A DNA stretch of 64,000 nucleotides, taken from NCBI RefSeq assembly GCF_963921235.1, contig NC_086097.1, positions 15,934,001-15,998,000 of the forward strand, written 5' to 3'. The translations under genes and the position numbers were made by a program. The notes under the pieces were generated by a model, which made no database searches, was not told where the DNA came from, and saw nothing but the letters and a program-made list of their open reading frames with translations. Source of the stretch: Mobula hypostoma (lineage: Eukaryota). Position 1 is the stretch's first letter, and each line of letters begins with the position of its first letter. Positions 40,801-53,324 of the stretch are shown one piece after another.

Positions 40801-41345
40801 TGCCTATCCTTTTGATATAATGTGTATCCTTGGACATTAAGCTCCCAGCTATAATCTTTCAACCATGATTCCGTGATGCCTAGAACATCATACCTGCCAA
40901 TCTGCAACTAAGCTGCAAGTTCATTCACCTTATTCCATATTCTGTGCTCATTCAGATACAACACCTTCAGCCTTTTTAGTTTCATCACACCATGCTCAAC
41001 CTTTTGATTCCTAACCTTCTCTGAGGTCTTACCAGCATCTGTCCCCGCAACCTCTCCACTAACCGTTCTGGCACTCTGATTCCCATCCTCCTGCAACTCT
41101 AATTTAAACCCCAATATGCAGCATTAACAAACCTTCCTGCTAGGATATTATTTCCCCTCCAGTTCAGGTACAAACTGTCCCTTTCTTATAGGTCCCACCT
41201 TCTCTTTAGCCACATATTAAACTGTATAATCTTCCTAGTTCTAGCCTCACTAGCACGTGGCATGGGTCCCAATCCTGAGATCACAACCCTGGAGGTCGTG
41301 CCCTTTAACGAACTCCCTGAACTCCCTATGCAGAGCCTCGTCATG
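37890..41345 (-). mobile_element. CR1, ORF1 end through 3' tail, degraded
   Basis: Colinear ORF1 esterase, APE, RT and tail fragments. Confidence 0.9.
40001..40276 (-). mobile_element. tRNA-derived CORE-SINE copy (internal deletion)
   Basis: Homologous to 55683-55997; flanked by an imperfect CCCTT(TT)A duplication inside CR1. Confidence 0.85.
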
Positions 41346-42362
41346 CTCCAACATTCTAGAAAACTGATATGCATGAGATAGTGAGGTCACTATTTATTTC
41401 CATTCTATTTCTTAATCCTTCCCCTAATGTTTGTGTCCCTAACTTCAATGTACATGAAAATAACTTTTGCTCGCCTAACTGAACTCACCTGTCTTATTCC
41501 TTTCAAAAAAGTAAGATGAAAATTATCTATTGTTAAGTATATTAATTTGTGGAAAGCCATAACAGAAGATAGCTATGAAAACTCCCGGAACGCTTAGGTG
41601 TACCATTAATGTTCTTCTTTGTATTCTTCTTTCATTAGTGAACAAAGAAATTGGATGTATAATCTTTAGACTTTAGGAGAAGGAGGGGTGATCTTACTAA
41701 AACATTTAAGGTCCTAAAAGGGTACAGCAGAGTAGAATTGGGACAACTTAACTAATGACAGAAGCTACCATGAAGGGATATAGTTACAAGATTAGGGGGC
41801 AGTCATTTAAAACTGGGGTGCTTGGAATTTTTTCTTCCAGAGGCTAATCTTAGAAATATCCACCTAGTAAGGTTGTGGAGACTGGATCATTGGGGTATTT
41901 AAAGAAGAAGTAGGTAAGTCTTTGAAGAGTCAAGGATTTAAAAACAGTATAGAACAGGCAAAGAAAAGATGAGGTAAGGCTTAGATCAGCCATGATTATA
42001 CTTATTAGCAGGGAGGCTTGAGGGGATGACTGCTCTATTGCTTCTTATGTTTTATGTGTGCCTGGTTTGGAGAAGAAATGACCCTAGTTTTACATTATGT
42101 TATTGATTTTTAATGGCATTGGAAAGCTAAGAAGAACAATAAATCCTTATCCACTACAGGACACAGGAAATGGGGACAGAAGGAAGTGGTGGAGAGCAAA
42201 AGGGAAAGAGAGGGGTGTGAGGCCAGACCACAATACTGACCAACTGGCATTTGAGGTGATATAGTGATCAAGTGCTGCCTGCTGCAGTCAATGTGCTCAA
42301 AGCAACACTTTCAGTACGCTGGATGAACTCAGCAGGTCTGGCAGCATCAGTTAGAAATGATG

Positions 42363-42398
42363 AGTCGACGTTTCGGGCTGGATCCCTTCGTCAGGACT
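42363..42398 (-). ncRNA. Minimal type I hammerhead ribozyme motif (PLE-derived), core intact
   Basis: AGUC-CUGACGA-A-GGG(AUCCAG)CCC-GAAAC-GUC-GACU, within pLTR fragment 42300-42430. Confidence 0.7.
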
Positions 42399-42854
42399 GA
42401 AGAATGAAAGATGGGGAAGGATTTGAAGAATGCTCAAATGTCAAGTCAGCTTTGACAACGATAGTGTAGTGCACCTCATGGGCTTGTACCCTGTCCTGTG
42501 GCCATAACACAAACTGACCTGATTGCAGAGAGCCCTACCAACAGTGACATAGTATTGTTCAGCAAAGCGGTGGCCCTAAGAGGGGCCAGGCAACTAACCA
42601 AATCATTTACAGCCTCCAAAGTCTAGGGAAACAATCACTTGGCTGCTAGATGATCACATCTCGCAGCTGCCGGTTTCCAGTGTCCACTCTGAAATGTAAA
42701 TAATTGATATAAAGGGGTAGGAATTTGTCAACATAATTATAAAGAAAATTGTATTGTGCATAGGAAAGCTGGAGTAGATTAATTATGTGCACGTTTCTTG
42801 GTACCTAAACTTCATTTATTTATGAGATTTTTATTCTCCCTGGCACTCTTTTTC

Positions 42855-43260
42855 TCAAAGTTCAAAGTAAATTTATTATCAAACTATATATATGTCATCA
42901 TACACTACATTAAGATTCATTTTCTTGCAGGCATTCATAGTAGAACAAAGAAATACAATAGAATCAATGAAAAACTATATACAAAGATTGACAAACAACC
43001 AATGTGCAACAGAACACCAACTGTGTAAATAAATAAATAAACTAACAAAAAAAATCAATAATACTGACAACCTAAGTTGTAGAGTCCTTGAAAGTGACTT
43101 CATAGGTTGGGGAATCAGTTGAGAGTTGAGGTGAGTGAAATTGTCCATGCTGGTTCAGGACGCCTGATGGTTGAAGGGTAAGAAATGTTCCTGAAAATCT
43201 GGTGGTGTGGGACCTAAGGCTCCTGTACCTCCTTCCTGATGGAGGAAGTGAGAAGAAAGA
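42855..43260 (-). mobile_element. Rex1/Babar 3' fragment
   Basis: FSLPPSGRRYRSLRSHTTRF; (TTTGAA) tail. Confidence 0.8.
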
Positions 43261-43909
43261 CTTCTTCAAATGATATCAACTGTACTGCGACAACCAAAAT
43301 GAAATTTTCAACCTCAATAACATCAGGGGCCATGGTCTCTAAACCTCAGACTATTAACCCCAAATCTCAGATGGCCAATTAGACTTGCCTCACCATACTT
43401 AGGATGAATGGGCCTCAGTGGTTTCCTCTCCTTTGGTTCTGAACTCTATTTCTTCCATTGTGTGTTCTGCAACACACAAAGGAAAAAGTAGAAGTTGTTC
43501 ATTCAGTTCCAAGCTCTAGTGTTGATATGCTGTTTGATTACCATATAATGGGCCTCTAATAGTGCTCTACAGTTTCTAAGTCTCACCTCTCTCTACATAT
43601 TTTCACTGTGACAACAATACAGTAATTTAACCTGAATGTACAGACAATGGGAAAAAGAATAACTGAGGTTGTATTAAAAATATTTCACAAACAATTGATG
43701 GAAAATTATCTGCACTTATGTCAGACAACTTCCTAAACCCTGGTTACCAAGGTTTTAACTTTACCATATTATACCAGATTACTGGAATATCAAATATTCA
43801 AAAGTAATTTCATTTATATTACAGCTCTTTTCTTTTTATACCAATTAAGTGAAGTCAACATTTTAAAACAACCCCCAAACTTTGTATTCATTCAAAATAC
43901 TAGCCTTAC

Positions 43910-44037
43910 CCTGACGTTAAAGTTGCTGCTAACATGATGAATTAAGACACCTCTGCCAGTTTTATCATAGTAACTTTCAGAATCTACATTTAGCAGGACC
44001 CGATTTCCAATGGCCACTTCAAATTTTTGTGAACCAG
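43910..44037 (-). CDS. CATSPERB: CATSPERB exon (GSQKFEVAIGNRVLLNVDSESYYDKTGRGVLIHHVSSNFNVR)
   Basis: Acceptor ttattttgcag, donor AGG|gtaagg; 128 nt; phase 1/0 fits both neighbours; not in the ORF track. Confidence 0.85.
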
Positions 44038-44954
44038 CTGCAAAATAAGATTAGAGAAGATTAGTTCGGTAAATTAATTTGCAATTTTTCACAAAAAGTG
44101 ATAAGAGCAAGTCAGAGGAAGATAATGAAACACGTAACATTTCGGATCAAGCACTCCCAAATCAAGATGGAAAATATAATGGAAAGCTTCACCTTGTCTC
44201 CACAAAATATTGCAAATCCCATCTCTAAAGAACAGTCTAGATTACTTTAGTTTTCTTTTTATGTCACAAACCATCAGTCCATGGAAATATCACATTAGGG
44301 TTATGGCTTACTGTCACAACTAGCATATCGATTTGGGAAATGAATTATACCTCCCATCCCATAAATACAATGCTGACAAGACAGGAAGCCAGGAGATCAT
44401 TGAGTTGAGGGAGTAAGAGCGATATTGTCATCTGAAGAAAAGGGATGCCCTCTGATACTAAATTTGCCTCCCACACCGGTCTGTGAATTTGTTTGTTTAT
44501 GCTTTGCCATGGCTATGTACTACTTATGTCATCTCATTGCACTACATGTCCTTTGATATTCTCTTGATGTTTCTTTCCTTTCACCTCTGCTCAATCACAT
44601 CCCAGCTCTAGCGTTGCCACCCCTTGAGCCTAGTGAAACCGTCACACTTGCCTATCCTGATCATTTTCCTTATATGGTCACTGTCTTTACTCACAAAGTC
44701 TGTAGCACGTTGAAGTGAATACATATAACACACAACATATGTACGCATGGATTGCAAGATTTGGCTAGGCCACATTAGATACTATCAAGTACTGCAGGTG
44801 TTTCCCAAACTGTTTCCAGATGTTTGGATTACATCCTTGATTAGAGCTTTTTAGACCAACAGAAGAATTGTGGAAGGATCTCTGCCCCGAAATGTTAACT
44901 ACGGAAGATGCTGCTTGACACGCCGCATTCCGCCAATATCTTGTGTTTTGTTTT

Positions 44955-47710
44955 GTACAGCACAGAAAAAGGTCCTTTGGCTCATCTAACCCATGCCGAA
45001 ACCATTTAAACTCTTTACGTCCACCAACCTCCATTGGGACCATAGCCCTATCATCCATATTCCTATCCAAACTTTGCTTAAATGTTGAAATCAAGCTTCA
45101 GTGCATCACTTGTGCTGGCAGCTCATCTCACACTCTCACAACCAAATGAGTAAAGATGTTTCCCCTCACGTTCCCCTTAAAATTTCCACCTTTCACCCTC
45201 AACCTCTGGTTGTAGTTACACCCAACCTCAGTGGAAAAAGCCTGCTTGTGTATACCCTATCTATGCCCCTCATAATTTTGTATCCCTCTATCAAATCTCC
45301 TCTCAATCTTCTATGTTCCAAGGATTAAAGTGCTAACCTACTCAATCTTTCCATATAACTCAAGTCCTCCAGACCCAACAATATTCTTGTAATTTTTTCT
45401 GTACTCTATCAACCTTATTTAAATCTTCTCTGTACGTAGGTGACCAAAACTGTACACAAATACTCCAAATTAGGCTTCGCCATTGACTTATACAACTTCA
45501 ACATAACATTCCATCTCCTGCAATCAATACTTTGATTTATGAAGGCCAATGTGCCAAAAACTTTCTTTTTGACCCTATCTACCTGTGACACCACTTTCAA
45601 TGAATCATGGACCTGTACTCCCAGATTCCTTTGTTCAACGACACTCCTCAGTGTCCTACCATTCACAATTTAAGACCTACCCTGGTTGGTCCTACCAAAG
45701 TGCACTTGTCTGCATTAACTTCCATCTGTTATTTTTCAGCCCATTTTCCCAGCTGGTCCAGTTCTCTCTGCAAACCTTGATAGCCTTCCTCACTGTCTAC
45801 TACATCCCCAGTCTTGGTGTCATCTGCAAACTTGCTGATTCAGTTAACCACATTATCATCCAGATCGTTGATATAGATGACAAACAACAATGGACCCAGC
45901 ACCGATCTCTGCGAGACTTCATTAGTCATAGGCTTCCAGTCAGAGAGGCAACCATCTACTACCACTCTCTGGCTTCTCCAATGTCCAATCTTATATACTA
46001 CTCATCTTGAATGCCAAGTGACTGCACCTTTTTGACCAACCTCCTGTACAGGACTTTATTAAGTGCCTTGCTAAAGTCCATGTAGAGAACATCCACTACC
46101 TTGCTTTCATCAACTTTCCTGAAAAACTCCATTAAGGTTGGTTAGGCATGACCTACCATGCTCAAAGCCACGCTGACTATTCTTAATCAGTCCGTGTCTA
46201 TCCAAGTACTCATTTATCCGGTCCCTTAGAATACCTTCCAATAACTTTCCCATTACAGATGTCAGACTCACCCGCCTATAAGTTCCCAGTTTATTTTTAG
46301 AGACTTTCTTAAACAGCAGAACAACATGGTCTATCTTCCAATCCTCTGATAGAAACATAGAAACATAGAAAATAGGTGCAGGAGTAGGCCATTTGGCCCT
46401 TCGAGCCTGCACCGCCATTTATTATGATCATGGCTGATCATCCAACTCAGAACCCCGCCCCAGCCTTCCCTCCATACCCCCTGACCCCTGTAGCCACAAG
46501 GGCCATATCTAACTCCCTCTTAAACATAGCCAATGAACTGGCCTCAACAGTTTGCTGTGGCAGAGAATTCCACAGATTCACCACTCTCTGTGTGAAGAAG
46601 TTTTTCCTAATCTCGGTCCTAAAAGGCTTCCCCTCTATCCTTAAACTGTGACCCCTCGTTCTGGACCTCCCCAACATCGGGAACAATCTTCCCGCATCTA
46701 GCCTGTCCAATCCCTTTAGGATCTTATACGTTTCAATCAGATCCCCCCTCAATCTTCTAAATTCCAACGAGTACAAGCCCAGTTCATCCAGTCTTTCTTC
46801 ATATGAAAGACCTGCCATCCCAGGAATCAATCTGGTGAACCTTCTTTGTACTCCCTCTATGGCAAAGATGTCTTTCCTCAGATTAGGGGACCAAAACTGC
46901 ACACAATACTCCAGGTGTGGTCTCACCAAGGCCTTGTACAACTGCAGTAGTACCTCCCTGCTCCTGTACTCAAATCCTCTCGCTATAAATGCCAGCATAC
47001 CATTCGCCTTTTTCACCGCCTGCTGTACCTGCATGCCCACTTTCAATGACTGGTGTATAATGACACCCAGGTCTCGTTGCACCTCCCCTTTTCTTAATCT
47101 CACCTGTCTCTGAGGATAATTTAAATATCTCTGCTAGGGTCCCAGCAATGTTGCATTTGTCTCCCGCAGGGTCTGAGGGAACGCTTTGTCAGGCTCTGGG
47201 GATTTACCCATCCTAATTTTTCCCAGGATAATAAACACCTCCTCCTCTCTAATCTGTATAGGGTCCATGAAGTTGATGCCACTTTGCCTCACTTTTCTAT
47301 AGACTTCATGTATTTAAGATCTGCCCCATCTCTTTGCGCTCCACACATGGATTACCATTCTAAACTTCCAGAGGACTGATTTTGTCCCTTGCAATCCTTT
47401 TGCTCTTAACATATCTGTAGAATTCCTTAGTATTCTCCTTCACCTTGCCTGCTAGGGTAACCTCATGCCTTCCTTTAACCCCCTGATTTCTTTCCAAAGA
47501 GTTCTCTTGTATTTCTAATACTCCATAATTGCCTCATTTGTTCTTACCCTCCTATACCTGCTATGCACCTCTTTCATTGAGACTTCTATGTACTGATTAA
47601 GAAAACTTTCCTGAACACATTTGAGACACACTATCCCATCTAAACCTCTTATAGAATGGGAATGCCAGTCAATATGTGGAAAGTTAAAATCACCTACTAC
47701 TGTATAACAA
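44955..47710 (-). mobile_element. Older CR1 ORF2 remnant hosting a young CR1
   Basis: APE (VGDFNFPHIDW), RT and 3' motifs. Confidence 0.85.
46349..47103 (-). mobile_element. Young CR1 3' fragment
   Basis: Uninterrupted 218-aa ORF; (TTCTATGT)n tail. Confidence 0.93.
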
Positions 47711-47799
47711 ATTATGCCCACTCCACTTTCTCTGCCTTACTTAAAATTTGTTCTTCCCAATCAATCCCGAATGCTGATTGGGCACTGCCCAAAGCACCA

Positions 47800-48185
47800 A
47801 ACTGCTGCACGTCATTGCCTTTTCTACTCACTCAGCAAACCTGAGTGAACTACGACTTCTCAGGCTTCTGATCTCCGATTTGCCACTGCTCAAGGCTCCA
47901 AGCTGCTGCAAGTCGCTGCCTTTCCTACTCAATCGGTGAACCTGAGTGAACTACGACTTCAAACAACAGGAATTCTGCAGATGCTGGAAATTCAAGCAAC
48001 ACACATCAAAGTTGCTGGTGAACGCAGCAGGCCAGGCAGCATCTGTAGGAAGAGGTGCAGTCGACGTTTCAGGCCGAGACCCTTCGTCAGGACTATGACT
48101 GCACGTCATTGCCTTTTCTACTCACTCAGCAAACCTGAGTGAACTACGACTTCTCAGGTTTCCGATCTCCAACTTGCCACTGCTA
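47800..48185 (-). repeat. Tandem monomers of about 100 bp (3 copies), interrupted by a PLE pLTR fragment at 47961-48095
   Basis: ACCTGAGTGAACTACGACTTC occurs three times (about 47839, 47940, 48132). Confidence 0.8.
48059..48094 (-). ncRNA. Minimal type I hammerhead ribozyme motif (PLE-derived), core intact
   Basis: AGUC-CUGACGA-AGGGUCUCGGCCU-GAAAC-GUC-GACU. Confidence 0.7.
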
Positions 48186-49437
48186 CACCTTGAACAAAAC
48201 TTCCAAGTTATCACTAAAGATATGTAGTAATAAACATGAGAAGGTCTGCAGATGCAAGAAATCCAAAACAACACACACAAAATGCTGGAGAAACTTAGCA
48301 GGTCAGGCAGCATTTATGGAAATGAATAGTCAACGTTTTGGGCTGAGACCTTTCCTTCAGGACCTGAAGAAATGTTACCTGAAGTTTATTACTACATAGG
48401 AAGTTATCCAGAACCTGCCATAAGATGAAAATTATAAGTGTGGTCAAACACTACAAATCCTCAATAACCCAGTTCTGATACAGGAAATGTAATTAATAGG
48501 ACAGTTCAAGATGGTTTGACAGCACAAACTCCTTTGAGAAACTCCTATTGTATTATACAGTAGCTGTGATATTTTTCCTTTACAAAAAGAAATCAGTTTT
48601 CTTTGTGTCAGTTATAATGAGTCAATGCAGGTTTGCCTTAATCTCCTCAATTTCTGGTCAAATGTGGCTTCAATGTTTAGAACAACTACTCTCAAATTTC
48701 TTCAGTATTATTATTTGATCATATTATATATTTAAAATGTCTTGAACATAAAGAATTATTATTAATGGTAACATATTAAGAACTTGATTTAAGAAATAAA
48801 CACCTTATGGGTCATTGTATATTAAGTAAGAACAATTTAACGTAAACTATTGAGGTATCAGGCAGAAGGAAATTATTAAAAAATCAGCTGATGTGGGAGT
48901 AGATTTTAACTCTTTCATAGCATGTGGCCATCTTATATTTTTTTCTTATGACCAGACACATTAACAGAGTGGCTGGATCAGTGATGAGATTTAGTTATTA
49001 ATTTTAGTTTCTCTTGTATCTACAAAAGGAACATAAAGATATTTGTCTGCAGGAACCTTTTCTCTGCCTATCCTTCCTTCTCCTTCCAGATTTAGCCTTT
49101 TAGAAAATACATAACCACTTTAACACTCAGGTCAACATTAAAGTGTACATCTTGGCAATTAATAGCATAAGATATTATTTTTACAAAATTCTCTAAAGAA
49201 CAAATAATACAGAAAAATACAAACCAATTTCTAATGTTTTTAAGACATATTAGTATTAATATAATAGTAACTAGGCAGAGAATAAAGCCCTTAAAAGCCA
49301 AAGTGGACTTCCTTGTATCGTGTTATAGGAGATGGGCAAGATCCCCAATGAGTATTTCTCCTTTATTATGAAGAAAAATATGAAGACTTTAGACTTTGAA
49401 ATAGTTAATGGAGAGGTCTTGGGGACAGCATGTAAGA

Positions 49438-49871
49438 CAGAGTCCAGACTTCAATCCAATTTAGAATTTTGGCTGGACTTGAAAATGGTTGTTCACTCAA
49501 GATCCCCATGCAATCTGACTGAGCTTGAGTAGTTTTGTAAAGAATGGGGAAAAATTTCAGTGTCTATATGTACAAAGCTGATAAAGACCTATCCACACAG
49601 ACTCAAGGCTATAATTGCTACCAAAAGTGCATCTACTAAATACAGACTTGAAGGGGGTCAATACTTACGCAATCAATTATTTTGTGCTTAATAATTGTAA
49701 TACATTTAGACCAATTTGTAGAGATCTGTTTTCACTTTGACACAGAAGAGTCTTTTCTGTTGTTCAGTGTCAAAAAAGCCAAATTAAATCCATTATGATT
49801 CAATATTGTAAAACAATAAAACATGAAAACTTCTGGGGGGGGGGTGGGAAGTACTTTTTATAGGCACTGTA
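49438..49871 (+). mobile_element. Tc1-like transposase C-terminus plus right TIR, nested in a degraded CR1 (49280-50710)
   Basis: SPDFNPI*NFW (SPDLNPIE motif); ends AGGCACTG-TA. Confidence 0.88.
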
Positions 49872-50880
49872 TGAACTTCAATAACTATTTGATAAGGTTC
49901 TGTATGTTAGGTAGCTATGGAAAGTTAGCTTGCATCTATCCAGAGAGAGTTAGCTAATTGGCTTGATGGTAGGAAGCAGAGAGTGATGAAGGAAGATTTT
50001 TTTTCGAACTCAATGCTCAGTGTTATGCTCAATGCTATTTGTCATCTATATCAATGATCTGGATGAGAATGTACAAAGCATTCCCTGAAAGTAGCATAGC
50101 AGCTAGACAGGGTGGTGAAGAAGGCTTCCAGCAAGGAGGCCTTCATCAGTCAGGATGTTGCTACAGTTGTACAAGATGTTGGCAAGGCCACATTTGAGGA
50201 ATTGTGTTCAGTTTTGGTTACCCTGTTATAGGAAAGATGCTATTAAGTTGGAAAGGGCACAGGGAAGATTTACAAGGATGTTGCTATTTTCTTTAGGGAC
50301 TGAATCATGGAATGAGGTTGAACAGGCTGAGATTTTTGTTTTACTGAAGTGCAGGAGAATGATCTTAGAGAGGTATCTAAAATTATGGGGGGACATAGGT
50401 AGGGTGAATACAGACAGTCTTTTTCCCAGTGTTGGGGAATCAAAACCTATCAAAACCCGGACAGCACAGGTTTAAGGTGAGAAAAATTCATTAGGAACCC
50501 AAGGGGGAACATTTTCATCCAGAAAGTGGACAATGGAATGAGCTGCCAGAGGAAGTGATTGACGTAGGTACATTAATAACTTTTAAAGGGTACTCGGACA
50601 AGTACGTGATAGGAAAGAATTGGAGAGAAAGGGGCCCGGTGCGGCCATAAGGGAATCTTGGTCAACATATAACAGTTAGGCCAAAGGGCCTGTTTCTGTG
50701 CTCTATGGCTCTATTTCATTATAGGGATTTGCAATCAAGTTTGAAACGAAATACAGTTACACTTATGCACATTTCAAAATTAGATAAATATTACAAATAT
50801 TAGTGGCACATATACAACGCATAGCTGCAGTTCAGGAGCTTTTACTAACATAGATGACAAATTATATAAAAATTACTAAC

Positions 50881-51201
50881 CAAATCTGATGCTTGAGAAC
50901 TCAAATTTCAAATCGATAGAATCATTAATATCAAGAAATAGAACAGGATTTGGCGTAAGTTTGTCTTTATCCTCAATAGATGTAACACACTCATTTTCAA
51001 CAATAGACCATGTGCCATTCTTTGAGCCAAAGTCAAACATAAACCACTGTCTTTCTTCAACTATGAAATAGTCTGGAGTTTGTTCTGGCATTGTACCATG
51101 TGCGATTACAAAGTTAGCGGAAACAACTCGAACTATCAGAAAACTACTGTATCCAGGAACAACCACCGTTTTCTCGAAATCATCAGCAATAAAGCCATAT
51201 T
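50881..51201 (-). CDS. CATSPERB: CATSPERB exon (YGFIADDFEKTVVVPGYSSFLI...WFMFDFGSKNGTW...SSIRF)
   Basis: Acceptor ctgcttctttcaacag, donor G|gttagt; 321 nt; phase 1/1; lies within ORF 50876..51334. Confidence 0.9.
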
Positions 51202-51408
51202 CTGTTGAAAGAAGCAGATATTTTGAATCATCAGCTGATCTCCCATAACAACACTTACATGAGAACATTAGAAAGTAGCAGGGGAAGGTTACAGGACTAC
51301 CAGAGCCACCAGTTTTGTAATTCAATGAAATCATGGCTAATCTTTTACCTCAGTACCACTTTCTAGTTGATTCCATTACTATCTAAAAATCTATTGATCT
51401 GTGTCTTC

Positions 51409-52490
51409 AATAATAATAATTAATATTATTATATAACACATTTCAAACATTATGATGCAGGTTCAAAGTATTTTACATAGATTGTAAAGATAAATCAATA
51501 TAGTCATAAAAGTGAGACAAAATTAAAAACACAAACATTATATAGAATAAAACGTAATGAAATATACCAAATTATATAAATGTAATCAACATTAACAGGT
51601 ATTAAGCTATCCTATAAGAAGGCCAAATTAAAAGATATTGTTAGGAGTGTTTTAAAACAGCAGTTGATAGGAAAGCACTTCAGCGGGTCGTTTCTAGCGC
51701 ACAGAAGATCATCGGGACACAGCTCCCAGCCCTGGAGGACACCTATAGCTCTCGCTGCCTAGGGAAAGCTACAAGCATCTGTAAGGACAATACACGCCCA
51801 TGCAATCAACTGTTTGAACTTCTTCCATCTGGCAAACGTTATAAGATTTTCTATGCCCGCACTTCCAGACTGAAAAATAGCTTTTTCCCCAGAGCTATAA
51901 TTGCCCTGAACCAATCAATCAAGCATCATCTATAAATTTGTTATATTGCTACTTTAATACTGGTTTTATGGCTGTCATACATCTGAGTTGTGCTGCTGAA
52001 CATTGCTTGTACTGGCTGGTTACTTGATTTATTTATTGTTTATTTATTTTATTTGTTGTTTTAAAGCATTGAGTATGAGAGTTGCAAATTCACTTATGCT
52101 GTATTGGTGCATGACAACTGTACTATGCAATGACAATAAAGATATTTCATTTCATTTTAAAACATTCCACAGTACTAGCTTGGCCTTTTTGGTGCATAAG
52201 AGCAAAAGGCTGCATCAACAGTTCTTGGATGTTTGGTGCTAGGAACACTAAGCAAACTAGTATTCGTGAATCTAAGATTACAATTGGGGATGTAAGGGGA
52301 TTGACACTCCAAAATATATGGAGAAACTAGATTATTCAGAGCCTTGTATACAATTAAGAGGATTAAAAAATTGATCCTAAGGGACACAAGCAGCCAAGGT
52401 AATGATGCCAAAAACAGTGAAATGGGCTCAGATTTTTGTTTTTCGGTCAGGATTCTTGCTGCTGCATTTTGAACAAGCTGCAGCCGATTT
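51409..52490 (-). mobile_element. L2 3' fragment, with a plus-strand Rex1-like fragment nested at 51660-52157
   Basis: LPWLLVSLRINF...YKALNNL..P..AAFCSYAP (L2 C-terminus) and (TAA)n tail; the insert has LPSGKRY and a (CATTT)n tail. Confidence 0.75.
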
Positions 52491-52906
52491 ATATACTATA
52501 CTTAATGATTGAGCTTCCACTGCCTCTTGTTAGAAAATTCCAACTACTCACTACCCTCTGGGTAGAAATAAAATCTTCTTTGTTCTGAATATCTCATCCC
52601 TTATTCTGAGGCTATAACATCTGGCTCTGAACAACAAATCCAAGGGAAACCTATCAAACTAATGAAGAATTTTGATTGTTTTGACATAAATACTAAGTGT
52701 TAAGCAGTCTTACTCAAAGTTTGTAAGAATGAAAGTTTACCAGATTATCTCATTAAGAAATACAATATTCTGAAAAAGATTAACAGGGGATGTATTGCTA
52801 ATTTATTTCCTCAGACAACAATCAAATTAAATAAGTAGTGCAAAAAGAGAGGGGGAAAATTACTAAGGTCGTGTTCATGGGTTCATAGTACATTCAAAAC
52901 ACTGTT

Positions 52907-53170
52907 GGTGGAGAGGAAAAAGCTCTTTCTGAAATGTTGAGTGTGTGACTTCAGGTTTCTGTACATCCTCCTTAATGAGAGAGGGCATGTCCTGGTGGAG
53001 AGGAAAAAGCTCTTTCTGAAATGTTGAGTGTGTGTCTTCAGGTTTCTGTACATCCTCCTTAATGAGAGAGGCCATGTCCTGGTGGAGACGAAAAAGCTCT
53101 TTCTGAAATGTTGAGTGTGTGACTTTAGGTTTCTGTACATCCTCCTTAATGAGAGAGGGCAAGTCCTGGC
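52907..53170. repeat. 87-bp tandem triplication inside a Rex1-like fragment
   Basis: Units start at 52907, 52994 and 53081 and are near identical. Confidence 0.93.
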
Positions 53171-53324
53171 TGGTGGGTGTCCTTAATGATGGATGCCACC
53201 TTTTTGAGGCATCATTTTTTGAAGGTGTCCAGGATGCTGGGGAGGCTAGTGTTCATGATGGAGCCGACAGAGTTTATAACTTCCTGCAGCTTTTTCCTAT
53301 CCTGTACTGTGGCCCATCCATAAG

